Of a DNA stretch of 64,000 nt, positions 28,659-38,032 are shown piece after piece. The translations under genes and the position numbers were made by a program. The number at the start of each line of letters is the position of its first letter. Position 1 is the stretch's first letter. Under the pieces are notes generated by a model. The model was not told the DNA's origin. It worked only from the letters and a program-made list of their open reading frames with translations, and ran no database searches. The DNA is from a virus, in the IMG/VR virus record IMGVR_UViG_3300047440_000809, positions 40,564 to 104,563 of that record. One strand, written 5' to 3'.

Positions 28659-29447
28659 ATGTCGAATCCCGGCACCCTGACCGTTCGCGTCCGCGGCGTT
28701 CCGTTCCCGATCGAGTTCGCGGACTGGACCCACGACCGCCTCTACCACACCGTCGAGTTCGAAGGGACCGACGCCCAGATCATCCAGACGTTCATCGGAG
28801 CGGCTGGCTCTCCGATCCCGGGCGGGCAGCGCGTCCTGACGATCGTCGACACCAACATCCCGCGCTCGGGTGACACCGGGTTGCAGGAGGGTTGGGAGAT
28901 GCTGATCTACAGCATCCAGATCCAGGTCACGCGCGAGATGGCGCGGAACGCGGCTCAGCAGAGCTTCGCTCTCCAGGACCAGACCAACGTCGGGGGGATG
29001 ACCCAGTTCTCCCGGAACGTGCACCTCGGCGGGTACGACCCGACCAACACGGCCGGCGGCGTGCTGTTCGACTTCATGCGGAAGACCTACCACCGCTTCC
29101 AGGTGAACCAGAAGGTTCAGTCCGAGGGGCCGGTGGAGAAGTACCCGCAGGGGTCGGGCATCTCGGTGTTCGGCACCACCACCAACCTGGAGAACGCCAA
29201 CAACGGTCTCCCGTCGCCCCGCGACCAGTCGGCGTTCGTCCTGCCGATCTGGCTGCGGCCGAACATCGCCTACGTGGGCATCCTCGCCCCCCAGGCGGCG
29301 CTCGGCATCGGCGGCGCCTCGGCGGCGGTGGGCCCGCCCTTCGCGACGGTCGAGGGGTACTTCGACTGGTCGGGCATCCCGGCGACGAACCTCGGGTTCG
29401 ACGTGCGGGAGACCCTGGAGGGTCTGCTGAAGCGCCCGGTCGTCTGA
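28659..29447 (+). CDS. putative major capsid protein, jelly-roll type
   Basis: Beta-rich 262 aa; LYHTV...DTN..G..GL..GWEMLIYSIQI pattern; strong C-ending codon bias; followed by a strong terminator. Confidence 0.5.
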   Translation: MSNPGTLTVRVRGVPFPIEFADWTHDRLYHTVEFEGTDAQIIQTFIGAAGSPIPGGQRVLTIVDTNIPRSGDTGLQEGWEMLIYSIQIQVTREMARNAAQQSFALQDQTNVGGMTQFSRNVHLGGYDPTNTAGGVLFDFMRKTYHRFQVNQKVQSEGPVEKYPQGSGISVFGTTTNLENANNGLPSPRDQSAFVLPIWLRPNIAYVGILAPQAALGIGGASAAVGPPFATVEGYFDWSGIPATNLGFDVRETLEGLLKRPVV

Positions 29448-29472
29448 TCGACGCAGCAACCAACTAGCAAGA

Positions 29473-29509
29473 GGGCGCGGTGGCTTCGGCTGCCGCGCCC
29501 TTTTTCTTT
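29473..29509 (+). terminator. intrinsic terminator
   Basis: GGGCGCGGTGGC-TTCG-GCTGCCGCGCCC-TTTTTCTTT. Confidence 0.85.
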
Positions 29510-29569
29510 GCTCCGACGGCGCACGCCGCGGATTTGCCTTCCACCCCCACCCCGTCCTATCATCTCCTC

Positions 29570-30061
29570 ATGAGTCTTTCTCCCGGCCTCGAAGCGATGC
29601 TCAGTCAGCTCGGCCCGTATCTCAAGGGCTTCATGGACAAGATCGAGCCGCTGCTGAACCAGCCGGTCGTTCGCGTGCCGTACTCGCTGACGCTCGCGGA
29701 GAGCACCGTGATCCCGCCGGGTCAGCAGGGCTTCGTTCTCTCGAACAACGACTTCAACAACAACCTGGAGTGGCCGATCGAGATCCACAACGTGAAGTTC
29801 TCGCAGGACGTCGCGCACAGCTTCCGCGACTGGCGCGTGAACTTCCAGGACCAGATCGTCAACCAGCCGATGCAGAAGGCGAACAGCGGCTCGATGGTCG
29901 CCGAGCTGGTCGAGGACAACACAGGCATGTGGCAGTGGCAGTACCCGTGGGTCGTGCGCCCGAAAGGCGGTGCGATTCTCATCGTCGCCACCAACCTCGA
30001 CACCGTCAACCCCATCACGGTCGACCTGAGCCTCAACGGCTACCTGATGATCCCGCGCTGA
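29570..30061 (+). CDS. putative second or minor jelly-roll capsid protein
   Basis: Beta-rich 163 aa; leaderless start after TTGCCT-N18-TATCAT-N6. Confidence 0.5.
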   Translation: MSLSPGLEAMLSQLGPYLKGFMDKIEPLLNQPVVRVPYSLTLAESTVIPPGQQGFVLSNNDFNNNLEWPIEIHNVKFSQDVAHSFRDWRVNFQDQIVNQPMQKANSGSMVAELVEDNTGMWQWQYPWVVRPKGGAILIVATNLDTVNPITVDLSLNGYLMIPR

Positions 30062-30074
30062 GCCTACGCTGACC

Positions 30075-30554
30075 ATGCGCAGCTTCGGCCAGATGCTCGG
30101 TCGCGGCCACGGTGGTGGCGGCGCAGACCTGGGCAACCCGAGCCCCGGGATCATCCCCGGCGTTCGCACGACGCCCAACGTCTACGAGCCGGCGCCGAAT
30201 GCGGAGCCCGTCGGTGCCGACACCGGTGCGCCGCCGCGCACGCAGTTCTTCAGCAGGCTCGTGGTACCGGCCTCGACCACCAAGGACAACGCCACGCTGC
30301 TCGTCCTGGGAACCCCCGAAAACCGCGTCGCGCTCATCACGGCGCCGGCGGTGGGCTTCACGGTCTACATTGGCGACTCGGGTGTCTCGCCCGACAACGG
30401 CGCGCCGCTCACCCCCGGTGTCCCCTACGAGGCCATCCTGCCGGGGCTCCAGCCGCTCTACGCTGTGACGGACGCGCCTGTGTACCTTCGTGTGGGCGTG
30501 CAGGTCGCGATCGTGCTGGCGGCAGAGCGACAGCGGAAAACGGACGGCCTGTGA
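30075..30554 (+). CDS. putative beta-rich virion protein
   Basis: Adjacent to capsid genes; VYIG...G.PL.PG. Confidence 0.5.
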   Translation: MRSFGQMLGRGHGGGGADLGNPSPGIIPGVRTTPNVYEPAPNAEPVGADTGAPPRTQFFSRLVVPASTTKDNATLLVLGTPENRVALITAPAVGFTVYIGDSGVSPDNGAPLTPGVPYEAILPGLQPLYAVTDAPVYLRVGVQVAIVLAAERQRKTDGL

Positions 30555-30555
30555 A

Positions 30556-31125
30556 GTGCTGCCCCTTGCGGTGGTCGCGCTCACCGGGCTCGTCATCGCC
30601 GCAGTCGGCCTGACGCACGGCCCGAACCTCAGTCACGTCGCCGCCGGTCTCGGGCTGCCGCTCCTGTACGTGCAGCAGGCGGCCAAGTGGGCGCGCCGGC
30701 GCGGGCTGCCGCTCGAATGGGTGCTGTCGACCATCCTCGTGGAGAGCGGCGGCAAGCCGAACGTGCGTGGTGACGCTGACGGCCGCTCGGTGGGGCTCAT
30801 GCAGGTGAACGTCATGACGCCAGCGCACGTGCGAGACGGCGTAACAGTCGCCTTGATGCTCGACCCGGCCAAGAACATCGAGTGGGGCACCAAGTACCTG
30901 AAGCAGTTCCGCGACGACGTACTGACGGCGCTCGGGGGGCGCAACCCGCCTATCCCCCTCGACCAGATCGTGCGTCTCGCCTACAAGGGCCCCACGACGG
31001 TGGAGGACGCGCTTAGACGTGGGCAGAACCCAGCAAACATCTCGTGGGCACCGGAGGCGCTAGCGCGGTGGAGGAACGCTCTGGCACGCGTCAGCGCTTT
31101 GACCCGCGGCCGATTGACGGCGTAG
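30556..31125 (+). CDS. lytic transglycosylase (SLT) with N-terminal membrane anchor
   Basis: ILVESGG, GLMQV, DPAKNIEWGTKYL, LAY. Confidence 0.88.
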   Translation: MLPLAVVALTGLVIAAVGLTHGPNLSHVAAGLGLPLLYVQQAAKWARRRGLPLEWVLSTILVESGGKPNVRGDADGRSVGLMQVNVMTPAHVRDGVTVALMLDPAKNIEWGTKYLKQFRDDVLTALGGRNPPIPLDQIVRLAYKGPTTVEDALRRGQNPANISWAPEALARWRNALARVSALTRGRLTA

Positions 31126-31134
31126 GATGAAGGC

Positions 31135-31620
31135 ATGAAGGGCATCCTCGGCTTCCTGCTCGCGGTCGGCGCGGTCGGTGGAGGCGTGTTCTTGATGCGT
31201 GGCGGGAAGCTGCCGGGGTTGTCGGGCGCACGTGGGCGCCGGCGCCGCACGCAGCTGCGGGGCGAACACGAGATAGGTGAGCTGAAGCTCTATATCGACA
31301 ACGAAGGTGATCTGTACCGGCAGCAGACGACGCCGATCATGAAGAACCTCGCCACGAAGCTGGCGAAGGGCATCTACGACCGCGCGAAGGCGGAGAAGCT
31401 GTGGATGTACCTCGTCGAGAGCGGCGCCAAGAAGTACGAGCAAGAGTTCGGCAGCCAGTTCACCTCCGAGCGCTCCGGCGTGCCGTGGCACAAGATGTTC
31501 TCGATGGCTGACCGCAAGACCGTCGCCAAAGAGTTGAACGACGATTTTCTCGCCGCCTGGAAGGATGGTCAGTACGACCACCTCCTCCCCAAGAAGTACG
31601 CGCGCGCGCCCGGCCGCTGA
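31135..31620 (+). CDS. N-terminal TM plus LSG/RRRR/LRG linker plus globular phage domain
   Basis: ELKLYIDNEGDLY; leaderless promoter TTGACC-N18-TAGGAT-N6. Confidence 0.7.
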   Translation: MKGILGFLLAVGAVGGGVFLMRGGKLPGLSGARGRRRRTQLRGEHEIGELKLYIDNEGDLYRQQTTPIMKNLATKLAKGIYDRAKAEKLWMYLVESGAKKYEQEFGSQFTSERSGVPWHKMFSMADRKTVAKELNDDFLAAWKDGQYDHLLPKKYARAPGR

Positions 31621-31659
31621 GTTTTGACCCCCAGGCACCCTCGGGTGTAGCCTAATCCC

Positions 31660-32121
31660 ATGCTCAGCCGCCTGTACGTGGTGCAGATGCCCGAGGAGAC
31701 CCCGACGACTCCCCTCGACATCTTGGTGCAGTCGGCTCCCGGATCGGTCGACGCGCCCGCGCTCCCCGGCGAGGGGAAGTATTACGAGTGGCGCGGGCGG
31801 CCACTGCGCCTCGAATCGCTAGCGGCAGACGGCGTCGCGGGCGGCTTCGTGCCGCGCCTGCGCCTCGGGTTCGAGGTGTCGATCACGGCGTACGTGGGGG
31901 CGGTATCGGCGAACCTCCCCGGCGTGCAGCTCTCGGAGTCGCTCGCGGGAGACCTCTCGTCCACGGACAGCGGCCCGTCGATCTCGATCCCGCTGCTCTC
32001 CGACCCGGGCGGCGAGCCCGCGATCCGGTTGGTGGGAAGCGCCGACACCGCGGGGCTCTTCTACCTCGTGTCGCTCCAGTGCCCCGAGGCGAAGGAAGAC
32101 AACGCGCCGCGGGGGAGCTGA
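31660..32121 (+). CDS. hypothetical virion-region protein
   Basis: Leaderless promoter TTGACC-N18-TAGCCT-N6-ATG. Confidence 0.6.
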   Translation: MLSRLYVVQMPEETPTTPLDILVQSAPGSVDAPALPGEGKYYEWRGRPLRLESLAADGVAGGFVPRLRLGFEVSITAYVGAVSANLPGVQLSESLAGDLSSTDSGPSISIPLLSDPGGEPAIRLVGSADTAGLFYLVSLQCPEAKEDNAPRGS

Positions 32122-32273
32122 CGCATGAAGCTCTGCTGGGCGGTCGAGCAAGTGCGTGGAGGAAGGTGGAAGCGCACCGTGCGCATGCCGACGAAGGCGT
32201 TGGCCGATACCACGGCACGGAGCCTCGAACGCAAGTGGGGTTCAACCACGCGCGTGAAGAACGTGTGCAAGCG

Positions 32274-32732
32274 ATGATCTCCCGCTCCAACCTCGGCGCC
32301 GGCCACGCGCTCGTTTACGTCGCGCCGGACGACAACCCGAACTCCGGGGGTGGGCCCATCCGCCGCGCCCCCGGCTCGAACGTCGTCTACGCACACGCCG
32401 GCAGCCGCGTGGAGCGCTCGCCGCTCCTGGTCGTGAACGAGGCGGAGCCCGGCGCGGGCTGGCCCGAAGACCTCTCCGCCACGCGCATGTTCCTGCCCGA
32501 CGGGCGCCTCGTGCCGCAGACCTCCGCCGTCGTGGACATGTTCCGCGGCGCCGGCGAGCCCGCCACCGTGGTCTACGCGCGGCCGCCCGTTACCGGGCTG
32601 CGAGCGCTCGTGCCGGCAATCGGCATGTTCGCGGGCGCGGCCGCCGGCTACAAGTTCTCGACGCGCCGCCCGGGGTGGGGCACGCTCGGCGGTGCAGTCG
32701 TGGGGGGCATCCTCGGGCTGATCTTCAGGTAG
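32274..32732 (+). CDS. membrane protein (2 C-terminal TMs)
   Basis: SNLGAG, FRGAG motifs. Confidence 0.6.
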   Translation: MISRSNLGAGHALVYVAPDDNPNSGGGPIRRAPGSNVVYAHAGSRVERSPLLVVNEAEPGAGWPEDLSATRMFLPDGRLVPQTSAVVDMFRGAGEPATVVYARPPVTGLRALVPAIGMFAGAAAGYKFSTRRPGWGTLGGAVVGGILGLIFR

Positions 32733-32745
32733 GAGCCACGCGCCC

Positions 32746-33405
32746 GTGATCGACAAGGACGGCCGGCGCCTCATCGCGATTCGCAACGGCCTCGGCCGCA
32801 CGACGACGGCGCCCGAGGACGCGCAGCTCCTAGCGCGGATGCAGACGAACCGGCAGGCGCGCGCCGTGCTCGGCGTCGTAGCGCAGTACCTGCGCCGGGG
32901 CTACGAGGTCGCGCAGACCGTGCCGTCCTTCATCTCGCCGATCGACGGGACCAAGCTGGCGGCAGAGGCGATGCGAGGCAATCTCGACTCCGATAACCGC
33001 TGGTCACAGAAGGTCTACGCCGCCATTCCGGACGACGACGCCCCGATCAGCGACTTGAACCGCAAGAAGGTCACGATCGCCCTGACGCAGGCGCGTGGCA
33101 CGCTTGCGCTCGTGAGCAGCAGCGCTGAGGACTTGAATCGCGGCCTGTTCGGCTCGCTCTCGGATCTGCTCGCGGAGCACTTGTTGCCCTCATGGGCCCA
33201 GCCGAACCCGAAGGCCCGCGACCTCGCGCTCAAGATCGGCATCGGTGTGGCCGTGCTCGTGGGGCTTATCGTCGCCGGCAAGCTCGTACACACCATCGTC
33301 CTCGGCCGATCGACGGCGCTCGGTGAGGCCGAGGCCGCTGTGATGGCGCTCGCGAACGCACAGCGGCGAAAACACCATGCCCGGTCCGTGATCTCCGTGT
33401 CGTAG
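32746..33405 (+). CDS. membrane protein
   Basis: RBS AGGAG; NGLG; C-terminal TM. Confidence 0.65.
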   Translation: MIDKDGRRLIAIRNGLGRTTTAPEDAQLLARMQTNRQARAVLGVVAQYLRRGYEVAQTVPSFISPIDGTKLAAEAMRGNLDSDNRWSQKVYAAIPDDDAPISDLNRKKVTIALTQARGTLALVSSSAEDLNRGLFGSLSDLLAEHLLPSWAQPNPKARDLALKIGIGVAVLVGLIVAGKLVHTIVLGRSTALGEAEAAVMALANAQRRKHHARSVISVS

Positions 33406-33447
33406 GCGGTTTTGGGCCTCACACGTCCCTCGGTGTAAGATGCTGGG

Positions 33448-33624
33448 ATGCAGTCTGGCCAGCCGAAGTCGAACGTAGGAACCTGGGCCGCCGTGCTTGG
33501 TGGTGTGGCCGTGCTCGGCGGTGTCGCGGCGGCTGCGCTCGGTGCCGGCGGCAGGAAGCCCGCACCGAAGTTCGGCGGAGCGCGCCGCCCCATCGCGAAG
33601 AAGCCGTGCGGCTGTGGCCGGTGA
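33448..33624 (+). CDS. 58-aa membrane peptide ending KKPCGCGR
   Basis: Leaderless promoter; hand translation. Confidence 0.55.
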   Translation: MQSGQPKSNVGTWAAVLGGVAVLGGVAAAALGAGGRKPAPKFGGARRPIAKKPCGCGR

Positions 33625-33629
33625 CGTGA

Positions 33630-35714
33630 ATGGGCGACGGACCACTGCCGGGCTCCGAGGGTGGCTACGCGGGCCCTACCGTACCGGGTGGCGGTAGCGG
33701 GTCACAGGGGGCTCAGGGCACGCAAGGTGCCCAAGGCGCTCAGGGAAGCGGCGGACAAGGCGCTCAGGGCCCGCAAGGAGCTACCGGCGTCCAAGGGTCG
33801 CAGGGCGCGCAAGGATTCCAGGGCGGTGGGTTTCAAGGGGCGCAGGGCGCCACCGGCGTGCAGGGGTTCCAAGGTGCCCAGGGCTTCCAGGGCGGGGGCT
33901 TCCAAGGCGCGCAGGGCTCCACGGGCACGCAAGGTCCCGGTGGTGGCGCACAGGGCGCGCAGGGTGCGACCGGCACGCAAGGGTTCCAAGGCGCGCAGGG
34001 GTTCCAGGGTGGTGGTTTTCAGGGGGCGCAGGGCTTCCAGGGCGCTGACGGCACGCAGGGGTTCCAAGGCGCGACTGGTGCGGGTGCTCAGGGAGCGCAA
34101 GGCGCACAGGGAGCGGACGGCACTGCGGGTGCTCAGGGAGCACAAGGTGCAGCGGGTGTCGACGGTGCTCAAGGTGCCCAGGGCGCGACGGGAAACACCG
34201 GCGCCACCGGCGCGACGGGCGCGCAAGGATTCCAGGGTGCCACCGGAACGACCGGGACGCAGGGGTTCCAAGGCGCAACTGGGGTAACAGGCGCACAGGG
34301 TTCGCAGGGCGCGTCGGGCGCCGACGGTGCACAAGGAGCACAAGGTGCAACCGGTGTGACGGGAGCCCAGGGTGCACAAGGCTCGACGGGCGTGACCGGT
34401 GCGCAAGGAGCCCAAGGGGCTTCCGGTGTCGACGGAGCGCAGGGTGCACAAGGAGCCACCGGTGTGACCGGCGCTCAAGGAGCCACCGGCACCACTGGCG
34501 CTCAAGGAGCGCAAGGCGCTCAAGGCGCAACGGGAGTGACTGGAGCGCAGGGCGCACAGGGCGCGACCGGCACCGGCACGCAAGGCGCACAAGGTGGAAC
34601 TGGAGCGCAAGGTGGCACGGGCGCTCAGGGCTTCCAGGGTGGTTCGGGTGGAGGTGGTGCGAGCACGCTGGGATTCTTCGCGCTCGGCAACACCACGCAG
34701 AACACCTCCACGACGCTCGCCGGCAGCGCCATTTCGTTCAACGTCGCCGGCGGCGTGTCGATGGGCTTCTCGAACTCGTCCATCCAGGTCTCGTCGCCAC
34801 CTGTGTCGTCGCTGTCGGGCGTGAGCGGGATCGGCTTCACCACCAACGGCAGCACGATCTCCGTCGGCGGTCCACAGGTTACTGACTTCGAGCCGGAGCC
34901 ACTGCTCGCCACGACGTCATGGGCGCCGGGCGCGGGGTCCTGGTACGTCGAGCCCTTCGCGGTACCGAACGCCTTCAGCGGACAGCTCATAAACGCTGTC
35001 GCGAGCTTCGCCAACGTGGGCTCTGCCGGGATCTTCGCACCGGTCGCGTCGTCTCGAATCAACTCGGGAAGCCGATCCGCGAGCTGCATCTTCAACATGT
35101 CCGCTGCGGTGTACTCGCGTGGTGCTGGAGGCAATAGCACCCGGATCGAATCGGTGTGGTCGAACTCATTCTCGTTCGGTGGGGCGTGCTCGCTGTCTGC
35201 GGCAACGGCCGGCGCCACCACCATCACGGTCACCTACGCCGGCACGCTGTCCTACATCACCCAGATGAACTCGGGGGGCTACACGACCACGTCGTTCTCC
35301 GAGTCGGGGTCACGTACAAGCGCCGCCTCCACGATGTCCACATCGGCCGTCACCAGCGCGCTCACCGACATCTACAACCTGCTCTCGGGCCCGACGCTCG
35401 TGCCGATCCCGTTCAACACCACGCTCAACCCCGGCAACTACTACTTCGCCTTTGCGTTCAACACCAGCTCGACGTCAGCAGGGACCGACGGGCAGGTTCT
35501 CGCCATGTCGGCATTCGTGGGCATCAGCGCCCCGAATCAGTTTGCGACGAGAAACCTCGGAAAGTCTGTGAGCACATCGAACCAACCGATCTTCGCGGGA
35601 GCGGGCGTGTTCTCTGTGTCATCGGCGTCCCCACCCGTGTCCATGGCCTTTGTCGATTTGCGCTCGTACGCCGCCGCGAAGGTCTACTTCAACGTGCAGG
35701 CTTCTACGATTTGA
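33630..35714 (+). CDS. collagen-like fibre/spike protein (long G-X-Q/T repeat plus Ser/Thr-rich beta head)
   Basis: About 100 GAQ/GAT/GFQ triplets. Confidence 0.85.
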   Translation: MGDGPLPGSEGGYAGPTVPGGGSGSQGAQGTQGAQGAQGSGGQGAQGPQGATGVQGSQGAQGFQGGGFQGAQGATGVQGFQGAQGFQGGGFQGAQGSTGTQGPGGGAQGAQGATGTQGFQGAQGFQGGGFQGAQGFQGADGTQGFQGATGAGAQGAQGAQGADGTAGAQGAQGAAGVDGAQGAQGATGNTGATGATGAQGFQGATGTTGTQGFQGATGVTGAQGSQGASGADGAQGAQGATGVTGAQGAQGSTGVTGAQGAQGASGVDGAQGAQGATGVTGAQGATGTTGAQGAQGAQGATGVTGAQGAQGATGTGTQGAQGGTGAQGGTGAQGFQGGSGGGGASTLGFFALGNTTQNTSTTLAGSAISFNVAGGVSMGFSNSSIQVSSPPVSSLSGVSGIGFTTNGSTISVGGPQVTDFEPEPLLATTSWAPGAGSWYVEPFAVPNAFSGQLINAVASFANVGSAGIFAPVASSRINSGSRSASCIFNMSAAVYSRGAGGNSTRIESVWSNSFSFGGACSLSAATAGATTITVTYAGTLSYITQMNSGGYTTTSFSESGSRTSAASTMSTSAVTSALTDIYNLLSGPTLVPIPFNTTLNPGNYYFAFAFNTSSTSAGTDGQVLAMSAFVGISAPNQFATRNLGKSVSTSNQPIFAGAGVFSVSSASPPVSMAFVDLRSYAAAKVYFNVQASTI

Positions 35715-35725
35715 CGGACTGATCG

Positions 35726-36673
35726 GTGTCCTTCGTCGTAGTTCAGATCGTCCAGGCGAAGGTCGGTGCAACGGCATCGTCGGTGGCGGTGTCGGCTTTC
35801 GTGACGAAGGGCAACGTCCTGGTCGCCTACGCGAATGGCGACAGCGTCGTATCTATCGCCTTCTCCGATTCACTGAACGGCTCCTGGGGAGCCAACTTAG
35901 ATTCGTTCTCGAATCCACACGAAGGATCGTCCAACTACATCCACGCGACTGGCAGACTTGCCGGTACGACGCTCGGAGGAGCGCTTCGACTGACGGCCAC
36001 GTACGGCGCCTCCACGGGAGCCGGCTCTGTCACGCTCATGGAGTTCGCGAACGTCGGAGCGACAGACGGGCACACGGGGCAGGCCCAGCTCAGCTTCGAC
36101 GGTACTCCGACAGATGCAGTCACGTCTGGCACCGTATCGCCCACGAAGTTTCCGTCAGTCGTCATCGCCCCCGCTGCATGCAACCAGGCAACCGAGGGCG
36201 GTGGGACCGTATCAAGAGTTGCCGGAACAGGATTCACGCAGCAGTTCGACGGCACGGACAACCTGGGTACGCGTGTCGAGACGAAGCGGACGCTCGCCGC
36301 GGGCGCTGTGGGGGGCACGTGGACTGCATCGGGCACTGGGGCGAACAACAACGACTACGACTCATTCGTCATCGTCCTGAACGAGATTCCGACGATCACG
36401 GTGCAGCCGGCCACACAGCGCGTCCGTGAAGGACTGACTGCGACGTTCAACATCACAGCGACGGCTGCGGCGGGCTCGCTCCACTACCAGTGGAAGCAGA
36501 ACGGTTCAAACGTCGGCACGGATAGCAGCTCCTACACGACGCCTGCCAACACGATCGCCAACAACCTCGACGCGTACACCTGCGTGGTCACCGACGACAA
36601 CGGTAGCGCAACAAGCCAGACCGCATATCTGTTAGTCTACGAGGTACCCGGGATTGCCTGGGTGCGTGCATGA
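35726..36673 (+). CDS. virion surface protein with C-terminal Ig-like domain
   Basis: PTITVQP...YQWKQNG...YTCVVT. Confidence 0.75.
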   Translation: MSFVVVQIVQAKVGATASSVAVSAFVTKGNVLVAYANGDSVVSIAFSDSLNGSWGANLDSFSNPHEGSSNYIHATGRLAGTTLGGALRLTATYGASTGAGSVTLMEFANVGATDGHTGQAQLSFDGTPTDAVTSGTVSPTKFPSVVIAPAACNQATEGGGTVSRVAGTGFTQQFDGTDNLGTRVETKRTLAAGAVGGTWTASGTGANNNDYDSFVIVLNEIPTITVQPATQRVREGLTATFNITATAAAGSLHYQWKQNGSNVGTDSSSYTTPANTIANNLDAYTCVVTDDNGSATSQTAYLLVYEVPGIAWVRA

Positions 36674-37401
36674 AACCCGAACTCGTCGTACAGGACTTAG
36701 GCGGTGCGCACAACGCCGACCTCGACGCCACGAGAGCGCGGCTCATTCGTGGAGGGTCGTGGAAGAACCAGCGCATCGTCGTGATCCTACCGTCGGCCGA
36801 CCTCATACCGGCGCGCGTCGCGCTCTCGCACTGGAATCTCGCGTTCCCGCCGAACAATGGCGTCGTCAGGATTCTCGCGCAGGGGATGGAGGTCGGCGAC
36901 GCCTACACGCGCGCGGTCGAGGGCGTTCTGGGCGATCCGAACTTGTCCCAGTGGGAGTACATCCTCACGATCGAGCATGACAACTGCCCGCCACCCGACG
37001 GCGTCATCAAGCTCGTCGAGCGCATGGAGGAGCACCCCGAGCTGTCGTGTGTCGGCGGGCTCTACTTCACGAAGGGGCCGGGCGGCATCGCACAGATTTG
37101 GGGCGACGCGTCCGACCCGATGGTCAACTTCAGGCCACAGCTACCGGACACGAGCGGTGGGCTGGTCGAGTGCCACGGCACGGGCATGGGCTTCAACCTG
37201 TGGCGCCTGTCGATGTTCAAGGACTCGAAGCTGCGAAGGCCGTGGTTCAAGACGCAGACGAAGGATGGCGTCGCGACGCAAGACCTGTACGCATGGAGCG
37301 ACTTTAGGAAGAACGGGTACCGCTGCGCCGTCGACTGCTCCGTCAAGGTCGGCCACTTCGACTTCAAGGGGGACTTCGGGATCCCCGAGTTCATGTGGTA
37401 G
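36670..37401 (+). CDS. GT-A fold glycosyltransferase-like protein
   Basis: ILTIEHD, GGLYFTK, GMGFNL, QDLY, VDCSVKVGH. Confidence 0.7.
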   Translation: MKPELVVQDLGGAHNADLDATRARLIRGGSWKNQRIVVILPSADLIPARVALSHWNLAFPPNNGVVRILAQGMEVGDAYTRAVEGVLGDPNLSQWEYILTIEHDNCPPPDGVIKLVERMEEHPELSCVGGLYFTKGPGGIAQIWGDASDPMVNFRPQLPDTSGGLVECHGTGMGFNLWRLSMFKDSKLRRPWFKTQTKDGVATQDLYAWSDFRKNGYRCAVDCSVKVGHFDFKGDFGIPEFMW

Positions 37402-37417
37402 GAGAGAGGAGAAGCGC

Positions 37418-37975
37418 ATGACCGCCGCGAACGTCGCACCCCCGGCCGCTGCACTCGCCAAGCCGCTGAAGCTCGACCTCGGCTGTGGCATCAGGAAGGT
37501 GTCGCCCGACTTCACCGGCGTGGACATTCACAAGTTCGACGGCGTCGACGTGGAGTGTGATCTCGCCAAGCAGTGGCCGTGGGAGGACAACAGCGTCGAG
37601 GAGGTGCACTGCTCGCATCTGATCGAGCACCTTGGACCCGAGGATCGCATCCACTTCGTCAACGAGCTGTATCGCGTGTTGAAGCCTGGTGGAAAGGCCA
37701 ACATCGCCTGCCCGGACTACTCCTCGGGGCGTGCCTACGGCGACCTCACGCACAAGTGGCCGCCGATCTCGTCCTTCTGGTTCTACTACCTGTCGGCCGA
37801 CTGGCGTTCGACAAACGCGCCGCACAACGACAAGTACACCTGCAACTTCTCGGTGACCGGCGGCTACATCCTCCGCCAGGATGTCATCGTCCGGAACCAG
37901 CAGTACCAGGAGTTCGCGATCAACAACTTCAAGGACGTCTGCCAGGACATCACGGCCATCTTCACGAAGCTGTAG
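37418..37975 (+). CDS. class I SAM-dependent methyltransferase (Methyltransf_11-like)
   Basis: LDLGCG, SHLIEH, ELYRVLKPGG. Confidence 0.85.
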   Translation: MTAANVAPPAAALAKPLKLDLGCGIRKVSPDFTGVDIHKFDGVDVECDLAKQWPWEDNSVEEVHCSHLIEHLGPEDRIHFVNELYRVLKPGGKANIACPDYSSGRAYGDLTHKWPPISSFWFYYLSADWRSTNAPHNDKYTCNFSVTGGYILRQDVIVRNQQYQEFAINNFKDVCQDITAIFTKL

Positions 37976-38032
37976 GGGGACGATCTCGGCGGATTTGGGG
38001 GCGTCACTCCCCCCGGTGTAAGATGGCACGAC

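Noticed and set aside
33700-34640. Tandem DNA repeat or array
   Set aside because: The 9-nt periodicity is explained by collagen G-X-Y coding with synonymous variation.
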